Source: Archangium sp. (GTDB lineage: Bacteria; Myxococcota; Myxococcia; Myxococcales; Myxococcaceae). From it: a stretch of DNA of 64,000 nt. This document shows, in pieces, positions 45,085-55,200 of the stretch (the stretch's first letter is position 1; every line of letters starts with the position of its first letter). Position numbers and translations under genes: made by a program. The stretch lies in the NCBI GenBank assembly GCA_031367385.1, contig JANLPS010000358.1, positions 1-64,000 on the forward strand, in the 5' to 3' direction. The notes below the pieces were generated by a model that saw nothing but the letters and a program-made list of their open reading frames with translations, did not search any database and was not told the origin of the DNA.

Positions 45085-45190
45085 GTGTGCCCGTCTCCCA
45101 TTTTTGCCTACACTTCGGTTATCGAGCGGCCCACCGCAGAGTTCCTTCAAACGGTCACAATTCGCCCCGAAAGCAAAACGACGAGCGAAA

Positions 45191-46753
45191 TCAGGCCTTT
45201 CGACGAAAGGCGCGGGCATCAGGCAACCCGCTGCCCGAGGTGTCGACCGACAAGGCGTGCAGAATGCCGGCGAACAGGTCGCGATCATTCGAGAGGGTCT
45301 TGGTGGTGTCGGGCGCGCCCGTCTCGGGGTCGAAGCCGGAGCTGAGCAGGGTGGTCGGGCTGACGCTGCCGAGCACGGTGTTGCCCTTGACCAGCGGCGA
45401 GACGAGCAGGTGCCCGTTGTTGAAATCGTGACCGGTGCCGAACTGCATCGCGCCGCTCGGCCGCTGCTTGGTGCGCCCGAAGTCGGTCGCCACGTAGAGC
45501 AAGGTGTGGTCCCACAGGCTGGTGCCCGCCACTTCGGGAAAAGGCTCGCCCTTGAGCAAGGTGATCAGCCGATCAGCGACGCCGAGAATTCGGTTCCACA
45601 TGAAAGCTTGGGTGCCGCGGTGATCATTGTGCGAAAAATCGAAGGCCAGCGGAGGGTTGCCCAGCGTGCCCGCGTTGAGCAGCACGTTGAAGTTGGGGCC
45701 GATGGTGACCGCGACCGAGACCCGATTCTTCAGCAGCAAGTACGCCGCGGCAGCCTGGCCCTCGAATTGATCAGTGAAGAAGTTGGGAAACGCGGCGCGC
45801 ACCTTGGCCGCGTCGGGCGATTCGGCCAGCCCGTACTCGGTCAGCGGTATCGACGGAGGTTGGTTGGGCAGCACGTTGAGCTTGGTGATCAAATCCATCG
45901 CTTCGAGGCCGTGTTGCGAGGGGCCGCGTTGGTCGTACCAGCGCTTGAGCCGGTCACTGCTGCTGAAGGTGCGCGCAAAGGTCGATTCGGGGTCGAGCTG
46001 CTCGTTGCGAACCTTGCGGGCCAGCTCAACCAACGAGCGGTCGGGCAGGTTCTTGATGCCCCGCATGCCGTCGAGGCCGAGCGGCCAAAGCGACGGGTTG
46101 GCCACCGATTCGGCGTAGCAATACGCCGGTAAGCTCGAGTCGCTGCCGTTCTCGAGGTAGCCCCCGGTGCCCATGTTCACGTGAGGTATGGGAAACGCGG
46201 CGCCGTACTCCAGCGCGACGCACTCTTGCAGGGTGCGACCGTTCCACGCGCCGTTGCCGGTGAGGCTGCGCTTCTGCGCGATGACGTGGTTGACGCTGGT
46301 GCCGATGAACGAGCTGACCAACATATCGCTCTGGTGCTTGTTCACGAACGACGACTGGCTGGCCACCACTGGCAACTTGAGCGAGCCCAGCGTGAGCTCT
46401 CCGTTGAAGTCGACCGCGCGCAGCGGCGAGCCGGCGAAGCTCTTCACCAACGAGTCGGGGAAGGTGTTCAGCGTCGCGCCGTTCGCAGACTCCGATTGGC
46501 GCAGCGCCATGAAGCTGTCGACGATTGACGCCCCGCCGGTGGCGGCGATGACGATGATGAACTTGGGGGTCTTGCCCAGCGCGTCTTTGCGCGTCGCGAC
46601 GCTGCCCAGCTGCTCTCGCCGCTCGGGCGTGAGCTGATCATCGCGGCAGCCTTGCAGCATCACCGACATCGCGGCCGACCCGCCGGTCGCGGCGACCGAC
46701 AGGGCCTTCATCATCTCTCTGCGACTCAACCGACCGTCTTTTTTCAGGCTCAT
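45191..46753 (-). CDS. DUF1501-like Tat-exported (lipo)protein
   Basis: LSRREMMKAL twin-arginine signal and LQGC; GGASIVDSF, FDFSHNDH, TLLYVATDFGRT, GTGHD. Confidence 0.78.
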   Translation of the reverse strand: MSLKKDGRLSRREMMKALSVAATGGSAAMSVMLQGCRDDQLTPERREQLGSVATRKDALGKTPKFIIVIAATGGASIVDSFMALRQSESANGATLNTFPDSLVKSFAGSPLRAVDFNGELTLGSLKLPVVASQSSFVNKHQSDMLVSSFIGTSVNHVIAQKRSLTGNGAWNGRTLQECVALEYGAAFPIPHVNMGTGGYLENGSDSSLPAYCYAESVANPSLWPLGLDGMRGIKNLPDRSLVELARKVRNEQLDPESTFARTFSSSDRLKRWYDQRGPSQHGLEAMDLITKLNVLPNQPPSIPLTEYGLAESPDAAKVRAAFPNFFTDQFEGQAAAAYLLLKNRVSVAVTIGPNFNVLLNAGTLGNPPLAFDFSHNDHRGTQAFMWNRILGVADRLITLLKGEPFPEVAGTSLWDHTLLYVATDFGRTKQRPSGAMQFGTGHDFNNGHLLVSPLVKGNTVLGSVSPTTLLSSGFDPETGAPDTTKTLSNDRDLFAGILHALSVDTSGSGLPDARAFRRKA

Positions 46754-46771
46754 TGGGCAGCTCTTTGAAGG

Positions 46772-47431
46772 TCAGTAGAAAATCGATTCAACCGAGGTCA
46801 GCACCGCGAAGCACGACAAGGTCAACCAGGCCTTGCCGGGGTCTGGCTTGCCCGAGGCGACGATGTCGGCGTTCAGCTGCGCCAGGTGCGCAAGCTCGCT
46901 CGCCGTCGGAGGCCGCTGCATCACCCGCTTGTAGAGCGCGTCGAGTGCCGCGGTCGCCTCGACCGAGCCCGGGTCGACCTTGCCACCCACGATGGCGATG
47001 TTCTTGAAGATCACCGCGTTGAGTGGAGAGCTCAGATCAGTCTCGACCCGCTGCGAGCACCCAGCGAGCGCGATGCGGTCGACCACCAACGGCGAAGTGA
47101 CACCGGTGAACGGGAGCGGCTCGTACAGCCCGCTGCCGTACGGGTCGACGCCGCCCAACGCCAGCGGGTGCACGAAGAGCGAGCACGAATACTGGCCGAG
47201 CTCTTTGCACAAGGTGTCGTACGGCAGCCCGAGCGCGTTGCCGAAGTCGAAGGTGATGCGCTCGTTGCGTTTGAAGCGCACGTTGCCCTTGGCTGAAATA
47301 CCGAATGCCGGGCCCGCATCAAACGACCCATCTCCGCCACCGGTACCGCCACCGTCGGTCGAGCCTGCGCCCGGGCCAGGGCACCCGAGGGCCACCACCA
47401 CCAACACCGCGAGAAGGAGCTTAAGGCGCAC
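46772..47431 (-). CDS. Hypothetical lipoprotein of the DUF1501-associated cassette
   Basis: Lipobox ALGC, LYKRVMQRPPTASE and CFAVLTSVESIFY (resembling DUF1553/DUF1595-type helices). Confidence 0.7.
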   Translation of the reverse strand: MRLKLLLAVLVVVALGCPGPGAGSTDGGGTGGGDGSFDAGPAFGISAKGNVRFKRNERITFDFGNALGLPYDTLCKELGQYSCSLFVHPLALGGVDPYGSGLYEPLPFTGVTSPLVVDRIALAGCSQRVETDLSSPLNAVIFKNIAIVGGKVDPGSVEATAALDALYKRVMQRPPTASELAHLAQLNADIVASGKPDPGKAWLTLSCFAVLTSVESIFY

Positions 47432-48839
47432 CGTAGGCCTCCGTGCGCACCAGCGCGTGCAGCATCTTTTTCACGCTGTAATTTTGCGTGGTCTTGAGGT
47501 CTTTCCACAGCGTGACGAACTCGGCGTTCTGCTCGGCGGTGGGCGGGCCCCCCATCAGCAGCTTCCAATAATCCATCACGGTGGCGACCGCGAAGGCGTC
47601 GCTGTTGGCGGCGACCTGGGCCCACTGCTTCAGGTCGTTGACCTTCTGCCCGAAGATGTACCCCTGTTCGGGTATCTGCGTGATGGTGCTCGCCTGCGCC
47701 GAGAAGAACGTCTCGATGCGACTGGGCACGTAGCGCAAGACCTGCTGATCACTGCCGGTGATGCCGTTGTAGTTGCGAAACGGGTAGCTGAGCGGGTCGA
47801 GCGTGGCGTGGCACTGCGTGCACAACGGCTGGGTCACGCCCTTCGCGTCGAAGTCTCGAGGCTCGTTCGCGATGGGGTAGAGGCCCTCTTGCTTGGCGAT
47901 GTCGAGGCCCAGGTACCCGCGGTAGGCCTGCGACGCGGCGTTGCGCGGCAGCGCGGTGAACATCGTGAAGTACCCGAGCGCCCAGGCGGTGGTCAGGTTG
48001 CCCGCGCGGTGGTCGACGTCGACCGCTTGAAACGAGATGAACGGCGCCTTGGTGTAGGTGGTCACCGGCGTCGCGCTTCGCACGACGAAGTAATTCGCGG
48101 TGAGCACGTCGCGGGCGTCGTGATCATCGAGCTGCGAGTACACGAACAGCGCGTAGTCGTCGTAGTAGTCGCCGAGCTGCACGATGCCGGTGTCTTCAGG
48201 GCCGCCCTTGAGCGTGCCGACCGGGCGAACCTTGCGGTGCGCGAGCTGCCACACTTGCCCGTTCTTCGCGCGCCAGTATTCGGCGCCCATGCAGGAGTCG
48301 AGCACCACGTCGATTCTCGCGGTCTGCTGCGCCGAGGTCATCGCGCTGAAGGCCTCGAGGTCGGCGTAGGCCGGAGAGCCACCGCAGAAGTCGATGATCA
48401 TCTTTCGGTACACGTAGCGGTTGTCGTACTTGCACACGGTGTACGACGGGTTGATGCCCGCGCCGCAGGGTACGTCGCGCGGCAAGCTCGCCGCTTCGGC
48501 CGGCAGGGTGCCCTTTTGAATTTCGACCAGGTTGGTGACGCCGTCGCCGTCGCTGTCGAGGCCTTCGACCGCGCTCAACGCGGCGGGCAGCGCCATCTGA
48601 AAATCACCGTCGCTCAGCGGCCGCATCGCGCCTGGCAACAGCTTGCTCTCGACCGACAACCCGAACGCGTTTCGGGTCGGCGGAGAGCTGTGACAGTAGG
48701 TGCACGCCGGCTGGCCTCCGGTGCAGGTCGGAGCCGTCGGGTACTTCGCACAGAACGTCGAAGGCGCGGGCGGCTTGGCCCACGTCGACATTGCGATGAT
48801 CAGCGAAACCGCCGCTGTACTTCGAAATCGAGCTGTCAT
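47421..48839 (-). CDS. Exported protein with two CxxCH heme-c motifs (DUF1549/DUF1585-like cassette member)
   Basis: CTYCH and CTQCHATLDPL, a DSDGDG..N..E Ca-binding-like motif, and C-terminal NYSVKKMLHALVRTEAY. Confidence 0.75.
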   Translation of the reverse strand: MTARFRSTAAVSLIIAMSTWAKPPAPSTFCAKYPTAPTCTGGQPACTYCHSSPPTRNAFGLSVESKLLPGAMRPLSDGDFQMALPAALSAVEGLDSDGDGVTNLVEIQKGTLPAEAASLPRDVPCGAGINPSYTVCKYDNRYVYRKMIIDFCGGSPAYADLEAFSAMTSAQQTARIDVVLDSCMGAEYWRAKNGQVWQLAHRKVRPVGTLKGGPEDTGIVQLGDYYDDYALFVYSQLDDHDARDVLTANYFVVRSATPVTTYTKAPFISFQAVDVDHRAGNLTTAWALGYFTMFTALPRNAASQAYRGYLGLDIAKQEGLYPIANEPRDFDAKGVTQPLCTQCHATLDPLSYPFRNYNGITGSDQQVLRYVPSRIETFFSAQASTITQIPEQGYIFGQKVNDLKQWAQVAANSDAFAVATVMDYWKLLMGGPPTAEQNAEFVTLWKDLKTTQNYSVKKMLHALVRTEAYGAP

Positions 48840-48939
48840 TGGGGCCTGAAGACAATGACACAGCAGGCAGCCCAGAACAGAAATCGGGGCTTCGAAAACC
48901 TCGGTGTGCGCAACTCGCTCACACCGTGCCGCGGGGGGC

Positions 48940-50034
48940 TTAGAAGAGGTGCTCTTTGGGGTCGTGCGCGAAGCTCTTCTCGATGACCTTGTACGGGGTC
49001 TTCACGATGGGCAGCTCGTTCGGGTCGAGCTTGTCGTAGCTCAATTGCAGGCGGCTGTTCTCGCCGTGCATCTCCATTGCGCCCGAGTACTTGCGAGCGT
49101 CGGTGCCCAGACCCTGCACGGTCATCGTGCCGCCGTAGACCGTGGCGCGGGCCAGGTAGATGACGGGGTCGTGGGCCGACATCTGATTCACGGTGATGCT
49201 GGCGGTGGCGTGGCCGACGCCGCGCTCATCGAGCTCGGTGGTCAGCGCCTTCGCGGTGTTCAACATGCCCTGAATCGCCACGATGGCCGCGCCGACGGCG
49301 GCGGTGATGTCGGTCTTGCCGTCGGTGGTCATCACCTTGTTCTTCGACAGGTACTCGAAGTTCGCCTCGCCCAGGTCAGCGCGAATGCGGCGGTGCACCG
49401 CGTTGTCGGCGTTGAAGCTGCTCAGGGTGCCTACCAAAGCGCCACAGGCGCTGCGCGGTTGACGCCAAGGCGACTCGCGGGTCTTGCCGTATGTATGCGC
49501 CTCACCATTCTCATCGAGGCGGCCGACGTGGGTCTTCAAATCGATCGCCACCATCACGAACGACTGGGCGTGGCCCTGATAGAGCTTGCGGCGCAACGGC
49601 TCATCGAGCTGGTGCGCCACGGTGACGTGGGCGAGGGTGGCGCCGTCGTCGGTGCCGCCGCCGGTCGGAGAAAACGCCTCGAGCTTGAGCTCACCGATTT
49701 CTGAGAGCGTGCCGAAGCGCGCGGCCACGGTCTGCTCATAGGCCTTGGTGGCCTCGCCCTGGTGAATGCGGTCTCCGCAGTTGGTGTGCGCGACGGTGGT
49801 GACCACGGTGGGCACCGACAAATCTGCCCCACATGCGACCAGATCAGACTCGGTCTGCGCGTCGGCCAGCTGCAGCTCGTCTCGCATCAGCTGCATGCCG
49901 TTGACCAGGGTGTACCGGTCACTGACGATTTCGTTCAGATAGCAGGCATACGCGCTGCCCTCCGCGCCGAACTTCGCCTTGAGGTTCCACAATCGATTGA
50001 CTCTGAGGGTCGCTGCGGTTGGGTCGAATTTCAT
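48940..50034 (-). CDS. Putative LCIB/LCIC-type beta-carbonic anhydrase
   Basis: C-x-D (TNCGD), THVG and G..R...SACGAL, in the order of the Cys/His/Cys zinc ligands of the LCIB family. Confidence 0.6.
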   Translation of the reverse strand: MKFDPTAATLRVNRLWNLKAKFGAEGSAYACYLNEIVSDRYTLVNGMQLMRDELQLADAQTESDLVACGADLSVPTVVTTVAHTNCGDRIHQGEATKAYEQTVAARFGTLSEIGELKLEAFSPTGGGTDDGATLAHVTVAHQLDEPLRRKLYQGHAQSFVMVAIDLKTHVGRLDENGEAHTYGKTRESPWRQPRSACGALVGTLSSFNADNAVHRRIRADLGEANFEYLSKNKVMTTDGKTDITAAVGAAIVAIQGMLNTAKALTTELDERGVGHATASITVNQMSAHDPVIYLARATVYGGTMTVQGLGTDARKYSGAMEMHGENSRLQLSYDKLDPNELPIVKTPYKVIEKSFAHDPKEHLF

Positions 50035-50118
50035 GGGCCCAAACCCTACCCGAAAGTCAGCCAGACGCTCTTCGATTCGAGCTGGGCCTCGCCGATTTAA
50101 ACCGGTTAGAAGCCCCCG

Positions 50119-52275
50119 GTGCACCCGAGGGCAGCTCAGCTGGTGTTGCTCATGGCGCTGCTCTGCGCCGGCTGTGCAACCACGCCTCCCACACCCGATT
50201 CGCTCAAGGTCGACGACATCGATCTCGAGGGCACCAAGGCGCTGTCGAAGGGCAAGATCAAGGGCAAGATCATCACCAACGAAGCGCTCTTCTTCATACC
50301 CTGGTTTCTGCTCGACATCGGCATTGGCCACATCGGCTGGTACGACCCGACCTCGTGGCAGGCTGATCTGCGCCGCATCACGCGGTACTACGAGGCCAAC
50401 GGGTATTACCAGGCGCACATTCTCGAAGACCAGGTCACTCCGACCCGGCATGGGCACGTGAAGCTGCTGGTGCGACTGCGCGAAGGCGAGCCGACCCACA
50501 TCACCAAGTTCAAGATTGAAGGGCTGCCCGAAGGCCAGCCGAAGCTGCTCGACTCGTTGCCCACCCGCGAAGGCGACATCTTTCTCGAAGACGCGTGGCT
50601 CGAGACCAAGACCACGCTCGCCTCGCGCCTGCGAGAGGTCGGGTACGCCGAGGCCGAGCTGACTGGCGAGGCGCTGGTCGACCCCGACGCCGCCAAGGCC
50701 GAGCTGCGCATCGAGGTCGACTCAGGGCCCCGCTACAAGTTCGGAGACATTCTGGTCGGCACCGACCCCGGCGCGAAAGTACCGGCGAAGTTCATCGCTG
50801 ATCAGGTGCGCGACGACCTGCCACGCGGAGAGTTCTATTCCGACTCCGCGCTCCGAGAAGCACAGAGCACCATCTTTCAGCTCGGCGTCTTCTCTGGTGC
50901 CAAGGTCAACCGCGGCGCTCCCGAACGAGAAGCGGCCGAGGTGCCCATCGTCATCGACGTGCGCGAGGCGCCCTTTCGCAGCATTCGCGCGGGTGGTGGC
51001 ATCGGCGGTGATCTGATTCGGCAAGAAGCGCACGTGATGCTCGAGTACACCGACCGAAACCTGGGCTTCTCGCGGTTGATCAGCAAGAACGCGCTGCTCG
51101 ACAAGCTGTCGATCAAAACCAAGCTCGGGTGGGCCTTCTTACCGACCATCTTGAGCGTGATTCAGCGCACCCCCGACTCGAAGAACGGGCCGATCGGCCG
51201 CGTGCTCACCGAGTACGAAGTGCCCCGCTTCTTGGGCCTCAAGCGGGTCGCCTTTCGCAGCTCGCTCGACCTGAGCCGGGTGCTCGACACCGCCTTCGAC
51301 TACTTCGGTGGCGAGCTCAAGTTGGGCGTCATCTGGCGCCCGCGCAGCGACTTCTCGATTTTTCCTTCGATCAACGTCGACACGTATTTTCTTCGCGCGC
51401 CGGTCAACCTCAGCACCGCTGCCGCGACGGCCGCGGTCGGGTGCCCCACCATTCCCCAAGCGTGCATCGTCACGTACCTCGACGTCTTCACCGAGTACGA
51501 CAAACGCGACAACCGACTCGAGCCGACTCAGGGCATCTACGCCGCGCTCGACGTGCAAGGCGGTATTTTTCAGGCCACTGGCATCACCCCGTTCATGAAG
51601 TTCGTGCCCGAGATTCGCGGCTACTACAGCCCCGACAAGCACCACAAAGTCACCATCGCCGGCAAGCTGCGCGCAGGCACGTTGATCGCGTTCGGTGGAG
51701 AGCCTCCCATCATCGCGAAGTTCTTCTCGGGCGGCGCGCTGATGCGCGGGTTCAATCAACGGCGGCTCTCTCCGCTGCAGGCGGTGCCGACCATTTCGAC
51801 CACCGCCAACCGGTCGTGCGTCATCGCCGGCATCGCGACCTGCCAGGGCTACAACAACGGCATCACCCTGCCCATCGGCGGCCAGGGCTTGCTCGAGTTC
51901 TCGCTCGAAGCCCGGTGGAATTTCTGGGGAGACCTCATCGTCGCCCTCTTCACCGACTGGGGCATGGTCACCACGGCTCCGCTGGGAGCACAGACCAACT
52001 TCAAGAACGATCTCTATGGCGCGGTGGGCTTCGGCTTTCGCTACAAGCTGCCCATCGGGCCCGTTCGCCTCGACCTGGCGATGCGCATACCTGGCGTGGG
52101 CGGGCCCCGCGACGTAAAGCAAGTCACTGACCCAAGAACGAAATTTCCGAGCAACGGTGGGTGTTTCGGCGTCGGCAATACGTACGCCGGCATCAACTCA
52201 TCTGAAGCAGCTCAGTACGCTGGCGCTCCCGATGATCAGTGCAGTTTTCAGCTGAGCATCGGAGAAGCCTTTTGA
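50119..52275 (+). CDS. tamA: Translocation and assembly module outer membrane subunit TamA (Omp85 family)
   Basis: Lipobox CAGC, three POTRA-like repeats (YYEANGYY, LREVGYAEA, FQLGVFS), FFSGG..MRGF, GFGFRYKLPIGPVRLDLA, terminal IGEAF. Coupled to tamB. Confidence 0.85.
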   Translation: MHPRAAQLVLLMALLCAGCATTPPTPDSLKVDDIDLEGTKALSKGKIKGKIITNEALFFIPWFLLDIGIGHIGWYDPTSWQADLRRITRYYEANGYYQAHILEDQVTPTRHGHVKLLVRLREGEPTHITKFKIEGLPEGQPKLLDSLPTREGDIFLEDAWLETKTTLASRLREVGYAEAELTGEALVDPDAAKAELRIEVDSGPRYKFGDILVGTDPGAKVPAKFIADQVRDDLPRGEFYSDSALREAQSTIFQLGVFSGAKVNRGAPEREAAEVPIVIDVREAPFRSIRAGGGIGGDLIRQEAHVMLEYTDRNLGFSRLISKNALLDKLSIKTKLGWAFLPTILSVIQRTPDSKNGPIGRVLTEYEVPRFLGLKRVAFRSSLDLSRVLDTAFDYFGGELKLGVIWRPRSDFSIFPSINVDTYFLRAPVNLSTAAATAAVGCPTIPQACIVTYLDVFTEYDKRDNRLEPTQGIYAALDVQGGIFQATGITPFMKFVPEIRGYYSPDKHHKVTIAGKLRAGTLIAFGGEPPIIAKFFSGGALMRGFNQRRLSPLQAVPTISTTANRSCVIAGIATCQGYNNGITLPIGGQGLLEFSLEARWNFWGDLIVALFTDWGMVTTAPLGAQTNFKNDLYGAVGFGFRYKLPIGPVRLDLAMRIPGVGGPRDVKQVTDPRTKFPSNGGCFGVGNTYAGINSSEAAQYAGAPDDQCSFQLSIGEAF

Positions 52276-55200
52276 AGCGAAAACTCCTCATCGCCCTGGG
52301 CATCGTCTTCGCGCTGCTGGTGCTGGTGGTGGGGGCTGCCTGGTGGTGGGTGCACTCCGAGGCGGGTGGCCGGTTTCTTCGCGACAAGGTGCTCTCGGCG
52401 ACCAAAGACGCGCTGGCGGGGCGCATCGAGGTGGGCACGCTCGAGCTGACCGGCTCGACGCTGCACCTGCGCGATCTCAAACTGTACACGCCCGAGGGCG
52501 AGCTGGTGGCCGAGATCGCCGCCATCACCGCCGAGATTTCGCTGCCGGCGTTGATCAAGAAGACCGTGGCCCTTCGCTCGGTCACCATCGAAGGCCCCAA
52601 GCTGCACCTGGCCTCCGACGAGCGTGGGCTCAACCTGACCCGGGCGATCGCCTCGAAGCTCCCACCAGCCCCTGCCGCGAAGCCGGGCCCCGGGCTGCGC
52701 ATCGAGCTCGAGCAGCTCGAGCTCACCGACGGGTTCGTCTCGTTCGACGCCGATGAGCAGCACCTGGTCTTCGACGCCCTCGAGATCAAAGGCCACGCGA
52801 CCGTGGTGACTTCTCCGCTGCACCTCGACGGCAAGCTCGCGGTGGCTTCGAAAATGACCAAGCCGCTGTCGGCCCCGCTGTCGATTGCGCTGACCGCCAC
52901 GAGCCCGCTCTTGGGCGACGCGATCAAAGCCTCGGTGGTGCTCTCGCTGGGCGATGATCACCTCGAGGCCAGCGGCAGTTGGCCAGACTTGACGCTGCAG
53001 GTGAAGAACACCTCGTTTCGAAGTCAGACCATCGCGGTGTTCGTACCGGCCTGGCCGCTCAAGCCAACCATCGGGCTGAGCGCCGACCTCACCAACGGCA
53101 CCGGGCTGATTCACGTCGAAGCGGGCAAAGCCAAGGTCGACCTCGACGCCGCGTGGACGAAAGACTTCTCGGCCGTCTCGAAGATGGTGCTGATCGCCAA
53201 AGACGTCGACCTCTCTGAGCTGCTCGGCAAGGGCAAACCGTCGAACATCGACTTGACCGCGAAAGGCAACCTGACCGACGTGAAGTCGCTCACTGGGCAC
53301 CTGACGCTCGAGGGCGAATGGGCCACCGCGGCGAACAAGAAATTGGCGAGCGTGTCGGCCGAGGTGAAGGCAGATCACGGCGAGTACTTCGTGCCCAAGC
53401 TCTCGGCCGTGGTGCCGGGCGTCTCGGTCGCGGCCAATGGCAAGCTCACGCTCAAGAAGCTGAACGTGTCGGGCGTCGTCGACGTGACCGACCTCTCGAA
53501 GCTGAAAGCCACCGCCCGTGAATTTGCCGGCATCGAGCTGCCCGCGATGACTGGCACCGGTCACCTCAACGTCAACGCCCAGGGCACCCTGACCTCCCCC
53601 TCAGTCAACGCCACCGGCACGCTCTCGGGCGTCAGCGTCGCGGGAGTCTCGGCCCAGACCCTCGAGGTCGATGTGCACTTGCCCAACGTGCTCGCGCCCT
53701 TCGAATCAGACGGCGCGGTGCTCGCCAAGCAGCTCAAAGTCGGCGACACCTTGCTCGACGAGGTCAAAGTCTCGCTCGGCACCCGCGGCCGAATGGTCGA
53801 TGTCGAGCTGTCGACCAAGGGCCTCGGCGACCTGGTACTTCAGGCCAACGGCAAGCTCGACGAAGACCAGAACGGCATGAGCCTCGACGCCGTGGTGCTC
53901 ACCAGCAGCCAGGGCGATTGGGCGATGGCGGCTCCGACCCGGCTCACCTGGGCTCCGACGCTGTCGTTGCAGCCGATGACGATTCAATCGGGGCCGCAGC
54001 GCATCGACCTGAGCGGCAGCAAGAAGGGCCAGAAGGTCGAGGCGGCCATCGCACTCGTCGCGCTCGACTTGGCGAAGGTGCCGCGGGCGCTGGCTTCAGA
54101 AAAATTGGGGCTGGCTGGCGTGCTCGACGCCACCGTTCGAGTCGACGGCGCCCTGCCCCGCCCCGGCATCGAGGCGAAGGTGAGCCTCAAAGACGGAGCC
54201 GTGCGCGGCTTCGACAAAGTGCAGCTCGACGCCCAAGGCGCGTGGCGTGACAAGCGGGCGGCGGGGCAGTTCACCATCAGCACCGCGCTGGCGAGCGCCA
54301 AGGGCGAGGTCAACGTCGACGTCGACGCGGTGATCAACGAACGCCCCGAGCCAGTGTCAGCGCACATCGAAGTCACCGGCGTCGACGTCACCCGCGTCGC
54401 GACCTTCTTCAAGCAAGAGCTGCCAGTCACCGCGAAGCTCGAGGCGCACCTCGACGTGAGCGGTACCGCCGACAAGCCGCAGGTGAAGCTGGTGATCGAC
54501 TCGCCCGAGGTCGCGGTGCAGCTCGGAGCGCAGGCCGCGCCGCTGGTGCTGACATCGGTCTCGTTCGAGGTGCTCACCCGCGACACCGGGCACATCGCCG
54601 CGACGGTGAGCGCGAACAGCTTCGGAGGCGTCGCCCACGTCGAGCTCGACACGCCACTGACCATCAACGGGCTGCGCGAGAAGCTGCCGACCGTCGCCAG
54701 TCTGAACACGCTGCCGCTGACCGTCGATGCCGAAGTCAATGGCGTGGCGATCGGCCAACTGCGCGACTCGGGGCTGCTGGCCATCAACACTTCGGCTGAG
54801 GGCAACCTGGGCCTGCGGGGTCACCTGACCGGCACCATCAAAGACCCCGAGGGTGCGGTGACCCTGACGGCGAACAAGGTCGTCTACCCGCCGCTGAGCG
54901 CGGTCGAAGCCTCGGCCACGGTGACTGCCGGGCCCAAGAAAATCGACCTGGTCGCGATGATCACCGAGAAGGCCGCGCCGCTGCTGAAGGTCGACGGCTC
55001 ACTCGATGCGACGGTGGCGCACCTTCAACACCTCGACGCGCTCGGCCCCGAGGCGGTGAAGCTGGTCGCCACGCTCTACCCGCTCGACTTGAAGACGCTG
55101 GTGCCCTCCGACTCGACGCTCACCGGCTTCGCCGGCGCGACGCTGAACGTCGATGGCACCCTCGACGCGCCTCGCATCGACTTGACCGGTTCGGTTGATC

